From Octopus vulgaris (Eukaryota), in NCBI GenBank assembly GCA_951406725.2, contig OX597819.1, positions 62,372,001 to 62,436,000 on the forward strand: a stretch of DNA of 64,000 bases, in the 5' to 3' direction. The position numbers were made by a program, and so were the translations under genes. Below are positions 44,303-58,178 of the stretch, one piece after another. The notes under the pieces are model-generated. The model ran no database searches and was not told the origin of the DNA. It was given only the letters and a program-made list of their open reading frames with translations. The stretch's first letter is position 1, and the number at the start of each line of letters is the position of its first letter.

Positions 44303-44829
44303 TATCGGAAAATACCTTAGGAATGAGAAATCAGGTTCGAAATTCCCCAAGACACCTGATGAAGGCTGGAGAGTATATCAGCCGAAATGCTGTGTATACA
44401 ACAAAGAAGATGAAGACAAATATCCGTCAAATGTAAATAATGTAAATAATGAAAAGTTCACAGTTCATTTTTTTCCAAAGGATATGGAAAAGGACGAATT
44501 GTGATAACGTCGCGTGTCCTGGTCTGTTTATTCTGGTTTAGCGGGTTCCCAAGAATAGCTAGGAGTATGGAGGTGTGTGCTGGTGTGGATTTCAATGGGC
44601 AGCGGCGGATTTGGGATCCAAGATCATAGGATGGGAAGGGTGCCGATTATATCGACGCTAGCACTTACTTTATTGACCACGAAAGGATAAACGACAAATC
44701 GACTTCGGTGGAATTTGAAATCAGAACGTATAGACGGACGAAATACCGTTTAGTATTTTGTCTGGCGTGCAACGATTCTGTTGGCTTGCCACTTCATGCG
44801 TCTAATAAAACGAAAAGCTTCCGTTAGGA

Positions 44830-45315
44830 CTGTGGTTCTGAAAGTGAGTAGTATTGCCCCCTGGGGACGATGGAAAGTTCCAAGGCGGCGATAATGGGGT
44901 ATTGATTCATGCAAAAATTGTGTCGGTAATGGGGTAGCGATTCATGCAAAAATTGTGGCGATATGAGGTAGCGATTCGTGTAAAAATTGTGGGGATAATG
45001 GGGTAGCGATTCACGTAAAAATTGTGGCGATATAGGGTAGCAATTCATAAAAATTATGGCGATATAGGGTAGCGATTCATGTAAAAATTGTGGCGATAAT
45101 GGGGCAGCGATTCTTGTAAAAATTGAAATGATAATGGGTCAGCGATTCGTGTAAATACAACAAAATAATGGGTTCATTAGCTTAAGTTTTATTTGTGAAA
45201 TACAGTTGCTCTGAATTTGCTTCAGAAAGAGGTCTATGTTAGTTGGGATGAGGGCGCTAGGAATATGGCGTGGGTGTCAAGGGGTCAGCAGTCCGAAAAC
45301 GTTTGGGAACCACTG
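44830..45315. mobile_element. hAT-type MITE with an internal 33-34 bp tandem array
   Basis: Ends CTGTGGTTCTGAAA and TTTGGGAACCACTG (CAGTGGTTC-type TIR). 8-bp TSD CGTTAGGA/CGTTAGAA. About 8 copies of TGGCGATAATGGGGTAGCGATTCATGCAAAAATTG at about 44886-45155. Confidence 0.8.
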
Positions 45316-45981
45316 CGTTAGAATATGTAAATGACAATATGAGTGACCATCTCATTGAACATAACAAACCATCTCATAGTTCTATATTTAAGAGATGAGG
45401 AATTATGTACATTATTTTACATTTGACGGAGGGTATATCAGCCGAAACGTTGTGTTAACAACGAGGACTAATATCCGTCAAATGTAAATAATGTAAATAA
45501 TATCATGAAAACATTCATGAAATATCATGAAATATCATATAATAACAAACATACAAACATGTATAATGGTTCCAAATTTTGACACGATTCTAAGAGTAAG
45601 TTGATTACAACGACCTCAGTGCCAGCTGCTACTTATTTCATCAATCCTGACAGAATCAAAGGAAAAGTCGACCTGGGCAGCATTTGAACTCGGGACGTAG
45701 AGAAGTAGAAAAATGCCACTAGAGAGGTGGGAAAAAAATGACGCTCTGTCCGACATGCTAACGATCTGGCGAAGGCGAACTCACAAACTTAAACACATAA
45801 TTCTTTGTACTATAAGGCACAAGGCATGGAATTTTGGGGGACGTGGATAGTCGAGTAGATCGACTCCAGTATGCCACTGGTGCTTATTTTATCGAGCCTG
45901 AAATGATAGAAGGCAAATACGACTTTGGCGAAATTTGAATACAACATAAAGAAACTGAAGAAACGTCAGGTAGTCACTTAC

Positions 45982-46194
45982 TTGTGTGATTGCACTTCCA
46001 TTGCGGACAGCAGACACCGGCAATAGTTTCAATTCGTGGATTCGGACAAGTGTCTGTTGGATATACAATCTTCAGTGGTGGGCAGATATATTTGCACACA
46101 ACGTCTCCATTTTTACACGTGCACGTCTCACTGCATGATCGATTAAACGTCTCACCCTCGGATAACCATCGAGTGTCCGTGTAGCAACCCAATC
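45982..46194 (-). CDS. Coding exon (VWC domain), same gene
   Basis: TTTTATTTTCCAG acceptor and A|GTAAGT donor. 213 bp, phase 1-1. GCYTDTRWLSEGETFNRSCSETCTCKNGDVVCKYIC...CPNP...GVCCPQWKC. Confidence 0.92.
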
Positions 46195-46835
46195 CTGGAA
46201 AATAAAACTGAACTAAGGAAAGCAAGAACAAAACGAAAAAGGCATTTATACAATGACGACATACAACGTTTATTAAATTCAGCCCCATTTTCTTTTTTAA
46301 TATCTTAGCCATGGAAGGATGTGTAGTGCAGTAAGACATTTGAAGCCCACCAACGCAGATAAGATGGATATATATAAAAGGTCCAACATGAATATCTGCA
46401 GTTCTACGACTGCAGCGGGAAAATGCGAGCGTGGTAGAAAACGAGAGCAGATTTGAATACTTGCAGTTGAATTAAGGAATTCTATTTAAGATACTAAAAA
46501 AACACATGATTGTGTTGTTCTACCAGGTGATGTTCTATGCTTATTTTTATTTGGGTGTGTCATGCTGGATCGCACTCATATATTTGAATTAGCAATTGGA
46601 AATAATTGTTGCCGTTAAATAACATAGGTGGAATTACCGAAGAGAAAGGCTACATAATATGAAACGGATCAAAGGATGTATAGACCCAAGTATATTGTTG
46701 GCATTTCATATATTTTGTTGGGGATTTGACGAATGTCGGCTTCAGAAATACAGAAGAAAGAAAAGAAAACTTAGGATGTGTGGTAGAGTGAGAAGAGAAA
46801 AAGAACTTGTATAAATAATTATGAAACAGTGATAA

Positions 46836-46868
<33 letters not shown>

Positions 46869-47447
46869 TGTATGTATGTATGTATGTATGTATGTATGTA
46901 TGTATGTACACCATTAATCAGTTTTATTTCAAGATTTCTTGCCAATAGAGAAAGTACCGGTTTCTAACCTATATCCAAGGCTTCTTCATTAGAATTTCAA
47001 AATCAACAACAGGGTATTTTTGTTTGTTTGTATGTATGTATGTATATGTGCAGATTTGTATGCTTTGCTTTATGTATGTATTCTCATGCATATAGTTGCA
47101 TATCTAAACAAACACGCTCATATATATTTAAATGATAAACGCCTGGAAAGTTTTACAGATTTTTACAGTTCCAGTGATGGATTGGATCTGTAATCTTCTA
47201 GTGTATGTATGTACGTACGTATGTATGTATGTATGTATGTATGTATGTATGTATGTTTACACCCCACCACACGCACAATTATCATATGTTGATGTATGGT
47301 CTTTTTTTAAGACCTGTTATATGACTGTGCAACATTAAAGAACTTTGGAAGTCCGTTTGTTATCTAAATCTGATTTTTATAGAACAATCCCTGATGTTTC
47401 AGGAGTGTAACCTCACCCCCTTAGATGTTTGGAGAACTCAGATGCTT

Positions 47448-47537
47448 TTTCGGCTGATGGGTACGGGTCACTTATATTTACTGCAATATTTGCAGCCTTA
47501 ATAAAGCTGGTCTTCGTACGAAACAACTGTACCGAAA
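47448..47537 (+). ncRNA. Hammerhead ribozyme motif with A9G substitution (probably inactive)
   Basis: UUUCGG-CUGAUGG-GUACGGG...UUCGUAC-GAAA-CAACUG-UA^CCGAAA. Perfect 6-bp helix I. Confidence 0.62.
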
Positions 47538-47566
47538 TATTGATCCATTTTTGTTGCTTTTTTCTT

Positions 47567-47646
<80 letters not shown>

Positions 47647-47777
47647 CATAAATAAGATTGAATTTATATATATGTATGTGTGTGTATATATATGTATATA
47701 TAATGTATATATATATACGGAAGAAATGCCACAAAGCATTTTGCTCGGCATGCTAACGATTCTGCCAGCTAGATGCC

Positions 47778-47850
<73 letters not shown>

Positions 47851-47858
47851 TAATAATA

Positions 47859-47911
<53 letters not shown>

Positions 47912-48067
47912 TAATAATAAATAATAATAATAATAACACACACATCCTACGCAGAACACTTTCCATACAATAACCATCAGAGCATCACAACAAATCACAG
48001 CACATACCCAAGGCACACAGAGCTGCGCTCGGTAGTGAAGTGAAAGCACGCTATAAAAATAAAACTA

Positions 48068-48098
<31 letters not shown>

Positions 48099-48185
48099 TA
48101 ATATATATACACACACACACACACATATATACGCATATATGCACACACGTGTATATACACATACGTATATATCTGTATGTATGTA

Positions 48186-48243
<58 letters not shown>

Positions 48244-48369
48244 AGTGCTTATGTAGTCGAGGTAAATTTAAGACGATAGATGAATAGAGAATTGTTTTTA
48301 GAGGAGGTGGTGATTTTGGTGGAGATGTTTGTGTAATCGAAATAGTATTAGCAGCTGAACCGATGATAC

Positions 48370-48948
48370 CTTTCGCAGGAGTACTGACAGAAATAATCTG
48401 TGAGAATGGTGTCAGCACCCGCTTCACTTGTTCCTTTTTGTCTGCCGAGATTAATTCTTCAACAGGCATTGCGTTATTGCGTCTGCTATTTATATTTCGG
48501 CTTTCAACATTTTCTTCCAAAAATCTATGCCGGTAATTTTGAGTTTTTTCCACATCAATGCGCACGCGTATGCGGATATAATATTTTGTTCCCGGTTGTA
48601 AGTGGTTTACTTGAACGAACACATCTTCTGGTGTGGATATATTTAGCGAAAGCTGTTGCTTTTTCGAGGAGAAATGTTGCCCTAAAACGTCAGTATATTT
48701 TATCGTCTGCTTTTCAAAGAGACGGTCAATGGATGATGATATTGCTTGCTGTTTCGTTGAAGACGCATTGAAAAATTCGGTCAACCACTCGATCGTTGCT
48801 GTTCCGTTCTGGGTTTGTGTTGCGTGTTGTATTTCATAACCAATGAGCTGTTTACGGAGTTGGCCGGAAAACGGCGGCGTAAAGCTAATGATCAAAGAAC
48901 GTGGGTTTTTTACATAGGCAACGAGATTTGATACGGCATTCGAATTAG
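48370..48948 (-). CDS. Coding exon: fibronectin type III domain with two long insertions, same gene
   Basis: TATTTCCAG acceptor and AAG|GTATCA donor (weaker). 579 bp open, phase 1-1. FN3 strand motifs VSNLVAYVKNPRSLIISFTPP, LIGYEIQH, VNHLQPGTKYYIRIRV, FSQIISVSTP. Confidence 0.82.
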
Positions 48949-49354
48949 CTGGAAATATAAAGAAAAAAAATCAGTCAATCCACCGTTGCGCACAACCCCC
49001 CCACACACACATCAATAAATTGTAAAATGATTCAAGGGCTAAAATGTGAAGAAGAAGAACAAAAAAAAAAACACTACGAAATCAAACAAAGAAAACAAAG
49101 AAATTTATACAAAGTCAAATACACATTAGCGTCTTAGAACGGTGGATGTTTAGTAAGGTTTATTCGCGTTCTGAGTTCAAACCCTGTGGAAGTAGCCCTT
49201 GCCTTTCTTTCTAATGAATCTGGTAAAATAGTTAATAGTTAAGTCGATCTCACAACACGTGTCGATTGTTAAAAATGTCTAAGGAAAGTTTTAGGAATCC
49301 TTCAAACTAATCTTGCTACCTACCTACCTACCTACCTACCTACCTACCTACCTG

Positions 49355-49411
<57 letters not shown>

Positions 49412-49697
49412 ATATCTTAAAGTATACAGCATTACAAATCCATTACAGCCTATCTTACCAGTCGGTTTTGCATTGGGTGTTAAAACCGGCTGTTAGATAA
49501 CATAGCTAAGTAATACCAGGCGCTCTTTAGAGATGGCAGGTATGAAAAAAGAAGAGATCATGGTATTAGTTAACCGTGATGTCAGCTAACAAGCAGTTTA
49601 AATGTAATGGATCTATAATACCGTATACTCTGATTAATATGCCCACTCTATTACCAAATATAAGAGTGCATATATTTTATGGTTTATGGATAATCAG

Positions 49698-49770
<73 letters not shown>

Positions 49771-49993
49771 GCACACACGATGTGTACATTTATTTATTCC
49801 TGTGCAATAGAATGTGAAATGTGTTACACGCAGTATTTTTCACTATAGATATTTCATGTGTGAAGTCATATTGATTCAAGCTCCAAGTGACACTACCGAA
49901 CTACCAGATACAGTGTTTCGGCTGGATTCCGCATCATCAATCGTCGATAACATCTTGGCTATTTGGAACTAAACCTGGAACTTCTGCAGATGA

Positions 49994-50093
<100 letters not shown>

Positions 50094-50247
50094 CAAAAGA
50101 TGTGTTATAATACTATTCCACAGCCATACCAATAATCCAACATACCTCCACCATCAGCAGCCCACGGATATCATTATGGTTTCGACACCTGGGCAGTACA
50201 ATTCAATCCAGCAGTGTCAACAGCACTAAAATAAGTGTTGTTTGGGA

Positions 50248-50280
<33 letters not shown>

Positions 50281-50512
50281 TGTATGTATGTATGTATGTA
50301 TGTATGTATGTATGTATGTACGTATGTACGTATGTACGTATGTATGTATGTATGTATGTATGTATGTATGTATGTATGTATATATATATCAAGTAGGTAC
50401 TGTAAATTTAGAGAGACTACTTGATAAATGTAAGCACCTGTATATACCAGATAGTGGCAGAGCTGAGAGAGTATATATCAAATATAAATTAAAAACATAT
50501 CACAAAGGATAT

Positions 50513-50605
50513 CGCGGTACACGTGTTTCAAGCTTTAGAAACAATCCGTTATTACATCAGTATATTGTTGATATAAAAGATGGTTTAAAGTTCTCTTCAG
50601 CCGCA
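50513..50605 (-). ncRNA. Type-I hammerhead ribozyme motif, canonical core, long helix II
   Basis: UGCGG-CUGAAGA-GAACUUUA...UAAAGCUU-GAAA-CACGUG-UA^CCGCG. Confidence 0.72.
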
Positions 50606-51490
50606 AACATTGTTGGTCTAAAGATTACATCGCAATATAAAAATATGAATAGTACATGTAGTATTACCCATTATAATAGGTTTATCATATTTCCCTGAAA
50701 AAGTGTATTTGTAAAATATCCTAACTGTATAAATGTATAAAGATTCATTGGATTTCGAAAATCTGCCCAAGCTGTATCACCAATCAGCTATGCTAATTGG
50801 TGATACAGTATGGTGATACAAATTTCTTGTGTAAAATCACATCAAGTAAAATTCCCAATGATGTATGTATGTATTTATGTGTGTATGTGTATTTGTGTAC
50901 GTATGCATGTATATATGTGTGTATGTATATATATGTATGTGTGTATATGTGAAGATGCGGGATTTTGTGGCTGGGGCATTCGGCACGATCGTAAGCTCGT
51001 GAGTTCAATTCTTGGTGATGCGTTTTGTCCTTGAGCAAGACACTTTATATCACGTTGCTCCAGTTCACTCAGCTGGCGAAAATGAGTAGTACCTGTATTT
51101 TCAGAGGGACCAGCCTTGTCACATTCTGTGTCACGCTGAATCTCCCTGAGGAACTACGTTAAGAGTACACGCGTCTGTGGAATACTCAGTCACTTGCACG
51201 TTAATTTCGCGAGCAAACTGTTCCGTTGATCGTATCAACTGGGACCCTCGTCGTCCTAACCGACGGAGTGCTCCTTCATTCCTTCACACAATGTTTGTAA
51301 AAAAAACTCACTCGGGTCCTATATAGGATATTAGGATTCTTATAAGTTTGATGCACCAAAAACTATTTTCCTAAACATGCGCTACTGAAATTGGGGTGCG
51401 TTTGTTATCCCTATGCGTCTTTAATTTTATCAAATACAATATATAAAAAGAGAAAAATGGAGAGATGGAGATAGAAGGCCAATTACTTAC

Positions 51491-51718
51491 TTGATAAAGG
51501 ATTATGACAGTAAATTGTCTCACAGCATTTATTTTTCCGTTTTTGAGGGTTGGGACATATCGGAGTTGGTTTCATTCTGATAATTTCAGGTACTGGTGCA
51601 CACCTCAGTGGATGACATATAATATCATTGTTTTTATCACAGATGCATAGCTGGCAGTCATTACTGACAAATGGCTTCAGTTTGGTGTGAATTTCATCTT
51701 TGTAGACACACGTCTCTT
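51491..51718 (-). CDS. Coding exon (VWC-like domain), same gene
   Basis: TTTTTCATCAG acceptor and A|GTAAGT donor. 228 bp, phase 1-1. ETCVYKDEIH...CQLCICDKNNDIICHPLRC...CPNP...KCCETIYC. Confidence 0.88.
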
Positions 51719-51786
51719 CTGATGAAAAACATAAAAAAATAGGCAAAAAATGTATATTATTATTATTTTTATTATTATTATTATTA

Positions 51787-51853
<67 letters not shown>

Positions 51854-51897
51854 CATTATTATTATTATAATTGTTATTATTATTATTATTATTATTA

Positions 51898-51930
<33 letters not shown>

Positions 51931-52022
51931 TATTATTATTTATTATTATTATTATTATTAATAATAATAATAATAATAATAATAATTATTATTATTATTA
52001 TTATTATTTATTATTATTATTG

Positions 52023-52058
<36 letters not shown>

Positions 52059-52111
52059 TATTATTTATTATTATAAATTATAATTATAATTATAATTATT
52101 ATTATTATTAC

Positions 52112-52180
<69 letters not shown>

Positions 52181-52656
52181 TGTTGCTGTTATTGTTGTTG
52201 TTGTTATTGTTGCTGCTTCTTGATATACATGTAATATTTTCACTTTCAAAATGACCACCAAACACACACAAAATATTGCAACAATTAACGGAGTAAAAGT
52301 AAGAGAATAATTTTAGAAGACAAAAATATTCCAAACAATCTAGCCGGTAGCTTTGAAGATAACGATAGTAACAACACTTTAAACTGCTCATATAGCAACT
52401 GTGTTAAGCTGATCTTGTCTCAGTTATGCAACAAACCGAATAATCAAACACTAGCCAAATGTGTGTGTGTGTGTTTATATGTATATATATATATATGTGC
52501 GTGTGTGTATGAGTGTGTGTGTATGTGTGTGTGCATATATTTTTGTTCCATAAGCATTGTGTTATTCTATCCTATATATGTATATGTGTATATATATATA
52601 TGTACATATATATGTATTTATATATATATATATATATGTATATGTATATGTATATG

Positions 52657-52728
<72 letters not shown>

Positions 52729-52771
52729 ATTAATTACTGTGAAGCATTGTGTAGAATATAGTGTATAAAAT

Positions 52772-53038
52772 ATCGCGGATAAGGCCAAAACAATACGAAG
52801 TAAATGCAAGGTAAACCACAAGAAAACAAATATGTGAATTAATGTAGACTTACCTTGTATTCAATATTTCGGGGTTATGACACCACTCTCAAGAAACCGA
52901 CGAATGTTGTCGATGTTTGAAAATGGGGTCATAACCCCGAAATATTGAATACAAGGTAAGTCTACATTAGTTCATATATTTGTTCCCTTGTGATTTACCT
53001 TGAATTTACTTCGCATTGTTTTGGACTTACCCACAATC
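52772..53038. repeat. Inverted repeat, ~115-bp arms and ~37-bp spacer
   Basis: About 52772-52885 is the reverse complement of about 52923-53038. Confidence 0.8.
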
Positions 53039-53737
53039 TTTAATACAACATATATACATACACTTAGTCTTTAGAAAAATTGATACAGTCAGAATATTTA
53101 ACGTAAGATCTTTTTAAATAATTTCATTTTTGGATTCGGTTAGCAAGATTCTTTATATGAGTTCGTGTGTTGAAGCATATTCTGTTGTGTCTGGGGAGAG
53201 TCATTTTCTTTTTGTGCCTTATAATGTGACACACTCACCGGTAAAATTTCCAGTTATTTCTTATTTTTATATAAATTTTTTATATAATTGTTAATTATAT
53301 AAAATGAAGAAAAAAAGAAACAGAATAACACAAAACTTATGGAAGGAAATTTTCAAGTTGTGTTAAGCGCTTTTCACTGCTTTCAGCTTTTCAATACATT
53401 ATTATGGCTGCCCGCTCTTTATCGAGTATGGCCATTGCACAAAGCTTAACTGTTATTGCTGCTGTGATCGAATGTGCCGTTTTAGCCCAGCTAAAGATCT
53501 ACAATGACTTGTACAGAATTGGCAACTAAACATACATACATACATACATACATACATACATACATACATACATACATACATACATACATACATACATACT
53601 TACATACATATACACACATATATATATACATGCAGGCAAACATACTTATATTACACATACATAGTTATAGAGATAAAAAGATAGATATCCACAAGGGCAT
53701 ATGTTTTGCTACATAACACCCCCCCAAACACACACGC

Positions 53738-53775
<38 letters not shown>

Positions 53776-54276
53776 CCTGACACACACACTCCCTGACGCA
53801 CACACTCCCTGACACACACACTCACTGACACACACACTCGCGCACGCATCCATATGAGTTTCAGTCTGTTTGATACTGTAAAACTTAAACATATGTCTTC
53901 CACTTGTTAAGACAACTGAAATCTTCTGATTTTAGACATCTTTCTCTTTGTTTATAGTTTTGTTTTATCTTCCTTCTGTCTTTTCATCATTCCATTCCAT
54001 TCTATATACTGTTCCGTCTATCTTTGCAACACACTTTACTGTTCTTCCTTTCTCAAATCCCTCGAGAGGATCACAGAAAGCGATGTAGTTATAATAAGGT
54101 TTTGTCCACCCACTTCGGCACTTATTAAGAGATCAGCGTAGAATATTGGAAAATGGAGTATGGTTGGGTATTTGTGTGTGTTTGTGCGAGACTATGTGTA
54201 AGTGCGTGAGAGAGAGAAGTAGGAGAAAGAGAGAGGGAGATAGAGATAGAAAGAGGGGGCATGAGATAGACTTTCA

Positions 54277-54628
54277 TCTCTCTCTATATAAACGGCAGTT
54301 TGTCTGTGTGTGTTTCTGTGTGTCTGTCAGGTTGTACCCTCACCCTGACCACGGCTTTCAACCGATTCTGATGAAACTTGATACACACATAGCCCAATGT
54401 CATAATTCAAAACTAACGCAGCGAAAATTTTGAAAAGTTCCCCCAGTTCTGAAAAAAATCGATAAATTCGACATGGGGTCGAGAATCAGAAACACAAACC
54501 ACAGACTGTCTAAGGGCCGCAACTCGACCTTTTTAACTCTCTTTTTGCTATTTTTGGGCTATAACTCTCTAAAAATGCTTTATAGTTATTCCCCTTACAA
54601 ACCCGAGCAACGCCGGGTGATACTGCTA

Positions 54629-54629
<1 letters not shown>
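54277..54629 (+). mobile_element. Non-autonomous Helitron
   Basis: A|TC 5' end, subterminal hairpin ACCCG-AGCAACGC-CGGGT, CTAG|T 3' end, no TSD. The 3' motif resembles the one at about 12857. Confidence 0.8.
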
Positions 54630-54664
<35 letters not shown>

Positions 54665-54827
54665 GTGTGTGTGTGTGTGTACATACATACATATATTAAT
54701 GCACACACACACATATAGTTAGAAATAGATATAGATTGACTGGTAGGTAGATAGACAAAGATAGATATATAAATATAGGCAGATTAATATATATATATAT
54801 ATATACATTACCCCTCTTTCTCTCTCT

Positions 54828-54867
<40 letters not shown>

Positions 54868-54868
54868 T

Positions 54869-54904
<36 letters not shown>

Positions 54905-55040
54905 GAAAGAGAGGTAATCCATTACAGCTTCCTTATTTTTACCTGTTGGCACTAGCTTCCTTTCGTCTTCATGTCATATATACACACTCACTATCATGCA
55001 CACAGACACACACACAGACACAGACACAGACACAGACACA

Positions 55041-55102
<62 letters not shown>

Positions 55103-55150
55103 TACGCACACACGCACACACGTACATGAGGCCAGAGAGGGTTAGGGAAG

Positions 55151-55206
<56 letters not shown>

Positions 55207-55376
55207 AAGTGAATGAAGGAGAGTGGGATACGAAAACAAAGTGACAGACAGGCCGAGATATGAACAGATAAACACAAAATTCCGGAAAAAGCAAAGAAAA
55301 AAAAAATGAAGATACAAGAAGAAATGGAGGGAAAGAGAAGGGAAATCGCTAGGGAGAAAAAAGAAAGAGAACATTT

Positions 55377-55539
<163 letters not shown>

Positions 55540-56840
55540 CGAGAGAGAGAGAGAGAGAAAGAGAAAGAGAGAGAGAGAGACGGGGGAGACAGACGGACAA
55601 AGAGAGTAAGTGGAAGGGAGAAGTGGGGAAAACAATGGAAGAAATCCTTATTTGGAATTCATGGTTATCTTTTTGACCTTGAATAAAATACAATAATTAG
55701 AAAAAAATATTCATAGCAACATCTTCGCAACCAACAGTAACACTAACAGCCTCATCATCGTTGTCATCATCATCATCATCATCATCATTTGCAGCAACAG
55801 TAGCGCCATCATCATCATCATGGTCATCATTCCGTCATCGTCAACATTATCATCAATATCATCATCATCAAAATCTCCACCACCACTACTACCACCATCA
55901 TCACCACAATCATCGTTGTCGTCGTCATCGTCATCGTCATCATCATTATCACCATCGTCATCCCTTTCCTCGTCATCATCATTAACTCCAACATCATCAC
56001 CGGCATCACCATCGTTACCACACCACCACCACCACCACGACCACCACCATCATCCCAGTCAACATCGTTATCTTCATCATTCCTCCCCCCACCCACTACC
56101 ACTAGCCGCAGCAACAGCAGCGAGTCAGGAAACGTTTTACATCTCACCGTGGTTCCAGATGGCGCGACTAAAAATTAGGCATTAAAAATTAGCGAATGCG
56201 AATAAACAGAGAAAATTTGGGAAATAGAATCGTAGTCTTAAGAATTATTGACTTATTTCTTTACTTGACCGAGATACTCTATATCATTTAGTATGATTCT
56301 GTGGTGTTCATTCGTCTCCCGGCTCATTATTGTCAGAAATGAACTTAAGTAGTTTTGATAGAGATGAAATAGCTAAAATGAAAAGGATTTCAGCACGTTT
56401 CTCTTAATCGTCCGACAGAAACCAACTATATACTGTTGAGAATATGTTTTTTCATAGAAACTGATGCGACTCAAATTTCACGCCACTGCAATGTTCAGTT
56501 CTCGCCTGAAGATCGCATTGGCATAAAACTCGAGTCGTAATACAAGCTCTCAGTCTAAGTATTAGTAAAAGAAATTACATACATGCATAGATACATACAT
56601 GACAAGAGCATACACATACACACATATATCTGTGTACACGTGGACTGTTGGCGATTTTTTCCCCTCTTCTTCCTTTTCTTTTAGACTTTCCTATGTCTCC
56701 TGTTTTCGAAGAAGAGCTTTGCTCGAAACGTAAAACAACCACAATTTCTTTACTTCACTGAGCGTCTTATCAATACTTTGCATGTACCACGTTCTCTCGT
56801 TATTGTTTTTTCCTTGTCTTTTTATTCTACGTTTCTTTTT

Positions 56841-56876
<36 letters not shown>

Positions 56877-56897
56877 GACTGTCTGTCTATCTGCTTG

Positions 56898-56954
<57 letters not shown>

Positions 56955-57656
56955 ATGCATATAGAAATCACATAGTTCTGGGTTCAGTTCCTCTGTGCGG
57001 CACCTTGGCCCAGTGCCTTCTACTATAACCTCGGACCGACCAAAGCCTTGTGAGTGCATCTGGTAGACGGAAACTGAAAAATACCCGACACATATGGATA
57101 TGGATATATTTATGTGTATGTGTCTTTGTGTCTGTGTTTGTACCCCACCATCACCACTTGACAACCGGTGTTGGTGTGTTTACGTTCCCTTAACTTAGCT
57201 GTTTGGCGGAAAAGACAGATAGGATAAGTATTAAGCTAAAAACCCTTTAAGGCGGTGCTCCAGCCCGGCTGCAGGCAAATGACTAAAACAAGTAAAAGAA
57301 TAAAGGAATATTTATATATATAAATATGTGTGTGTGTGTGTGTGTATAGGCAGAAAGAGAAAGAGACAGCGAGTGGGAGAGTGAGACAGAGTGAGAGAGA
57401 GTACAGAAAAAATAGCGTCTAAATGACGTAATAGCCACACAATAAGTGCTCAGGCTGGCTTATTACTAAAACTCTGACTTGAGCTGCGACTAAAACTCTG
57501 TAAAAGAGTCAATGTACAACTTCTCAACCATTATTTACATGACACTCTTTTAATCCAACAACCCCATTGTAACAACTCTACGATTATGATTTAATTTATA
57601 AAACACCATACTCTAGAATGATACCACATGTTTCGCCTGTTCTTCCTAATACATAT

Positions 57657-57724
<68 letters not shown>

Positions 57725-58147
57725 GCACAAGAGTGGCTGTGAGGTAGGAAACTTGCTTCCCAATCACATGGTTCCGGGCTCAGTCCCACAGCGTGGCACC
57801 TTGAGCAAGTGTCTTCTACTATACCCTTGGGCCGACCAAAGCCTTGTAAAGTGGATTTGGTAGACGGAAACTGAAAGAAGCACATTGTATATCTATCTAT
57901 CTATATTTATATCTCTCTATATATAAATGTGTGTGCATGTGTGCGTGCTTGTGTCTGTGTTTTTCCTCACACCATCGCTTGACAACCGATGTTGGGGTGT
58001 TTACGTCCCCTTAGCTTTGCGGATCGGCAAAAAAGAACCGATAGAATAAGTACTAGGCTTACAAAGAATAAGTCCTAGGGTCGAGTTATTCGACTAAAGG
58101 CGGTGCTCCAGCATGGCCGTAGTCAAATGACTGAAACAAGTACAAGA

Positions 58148-58178
<31 letters not shown>

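Noticed and set aside
44886-45155. 33-34 bp repeat array resembling CRISPR
   Set aside because: Units are head-to-tail with no unique spacers, there are no cas genes, and the array lies inside a hAT MITE in a eukaryote.
54365-54380. CTGATGA matches here and at about 37868 and 58760 as hammerheads
   Set aside because: No helix II plus GAAA plus helix I arrangement; chance matches within other repeats.
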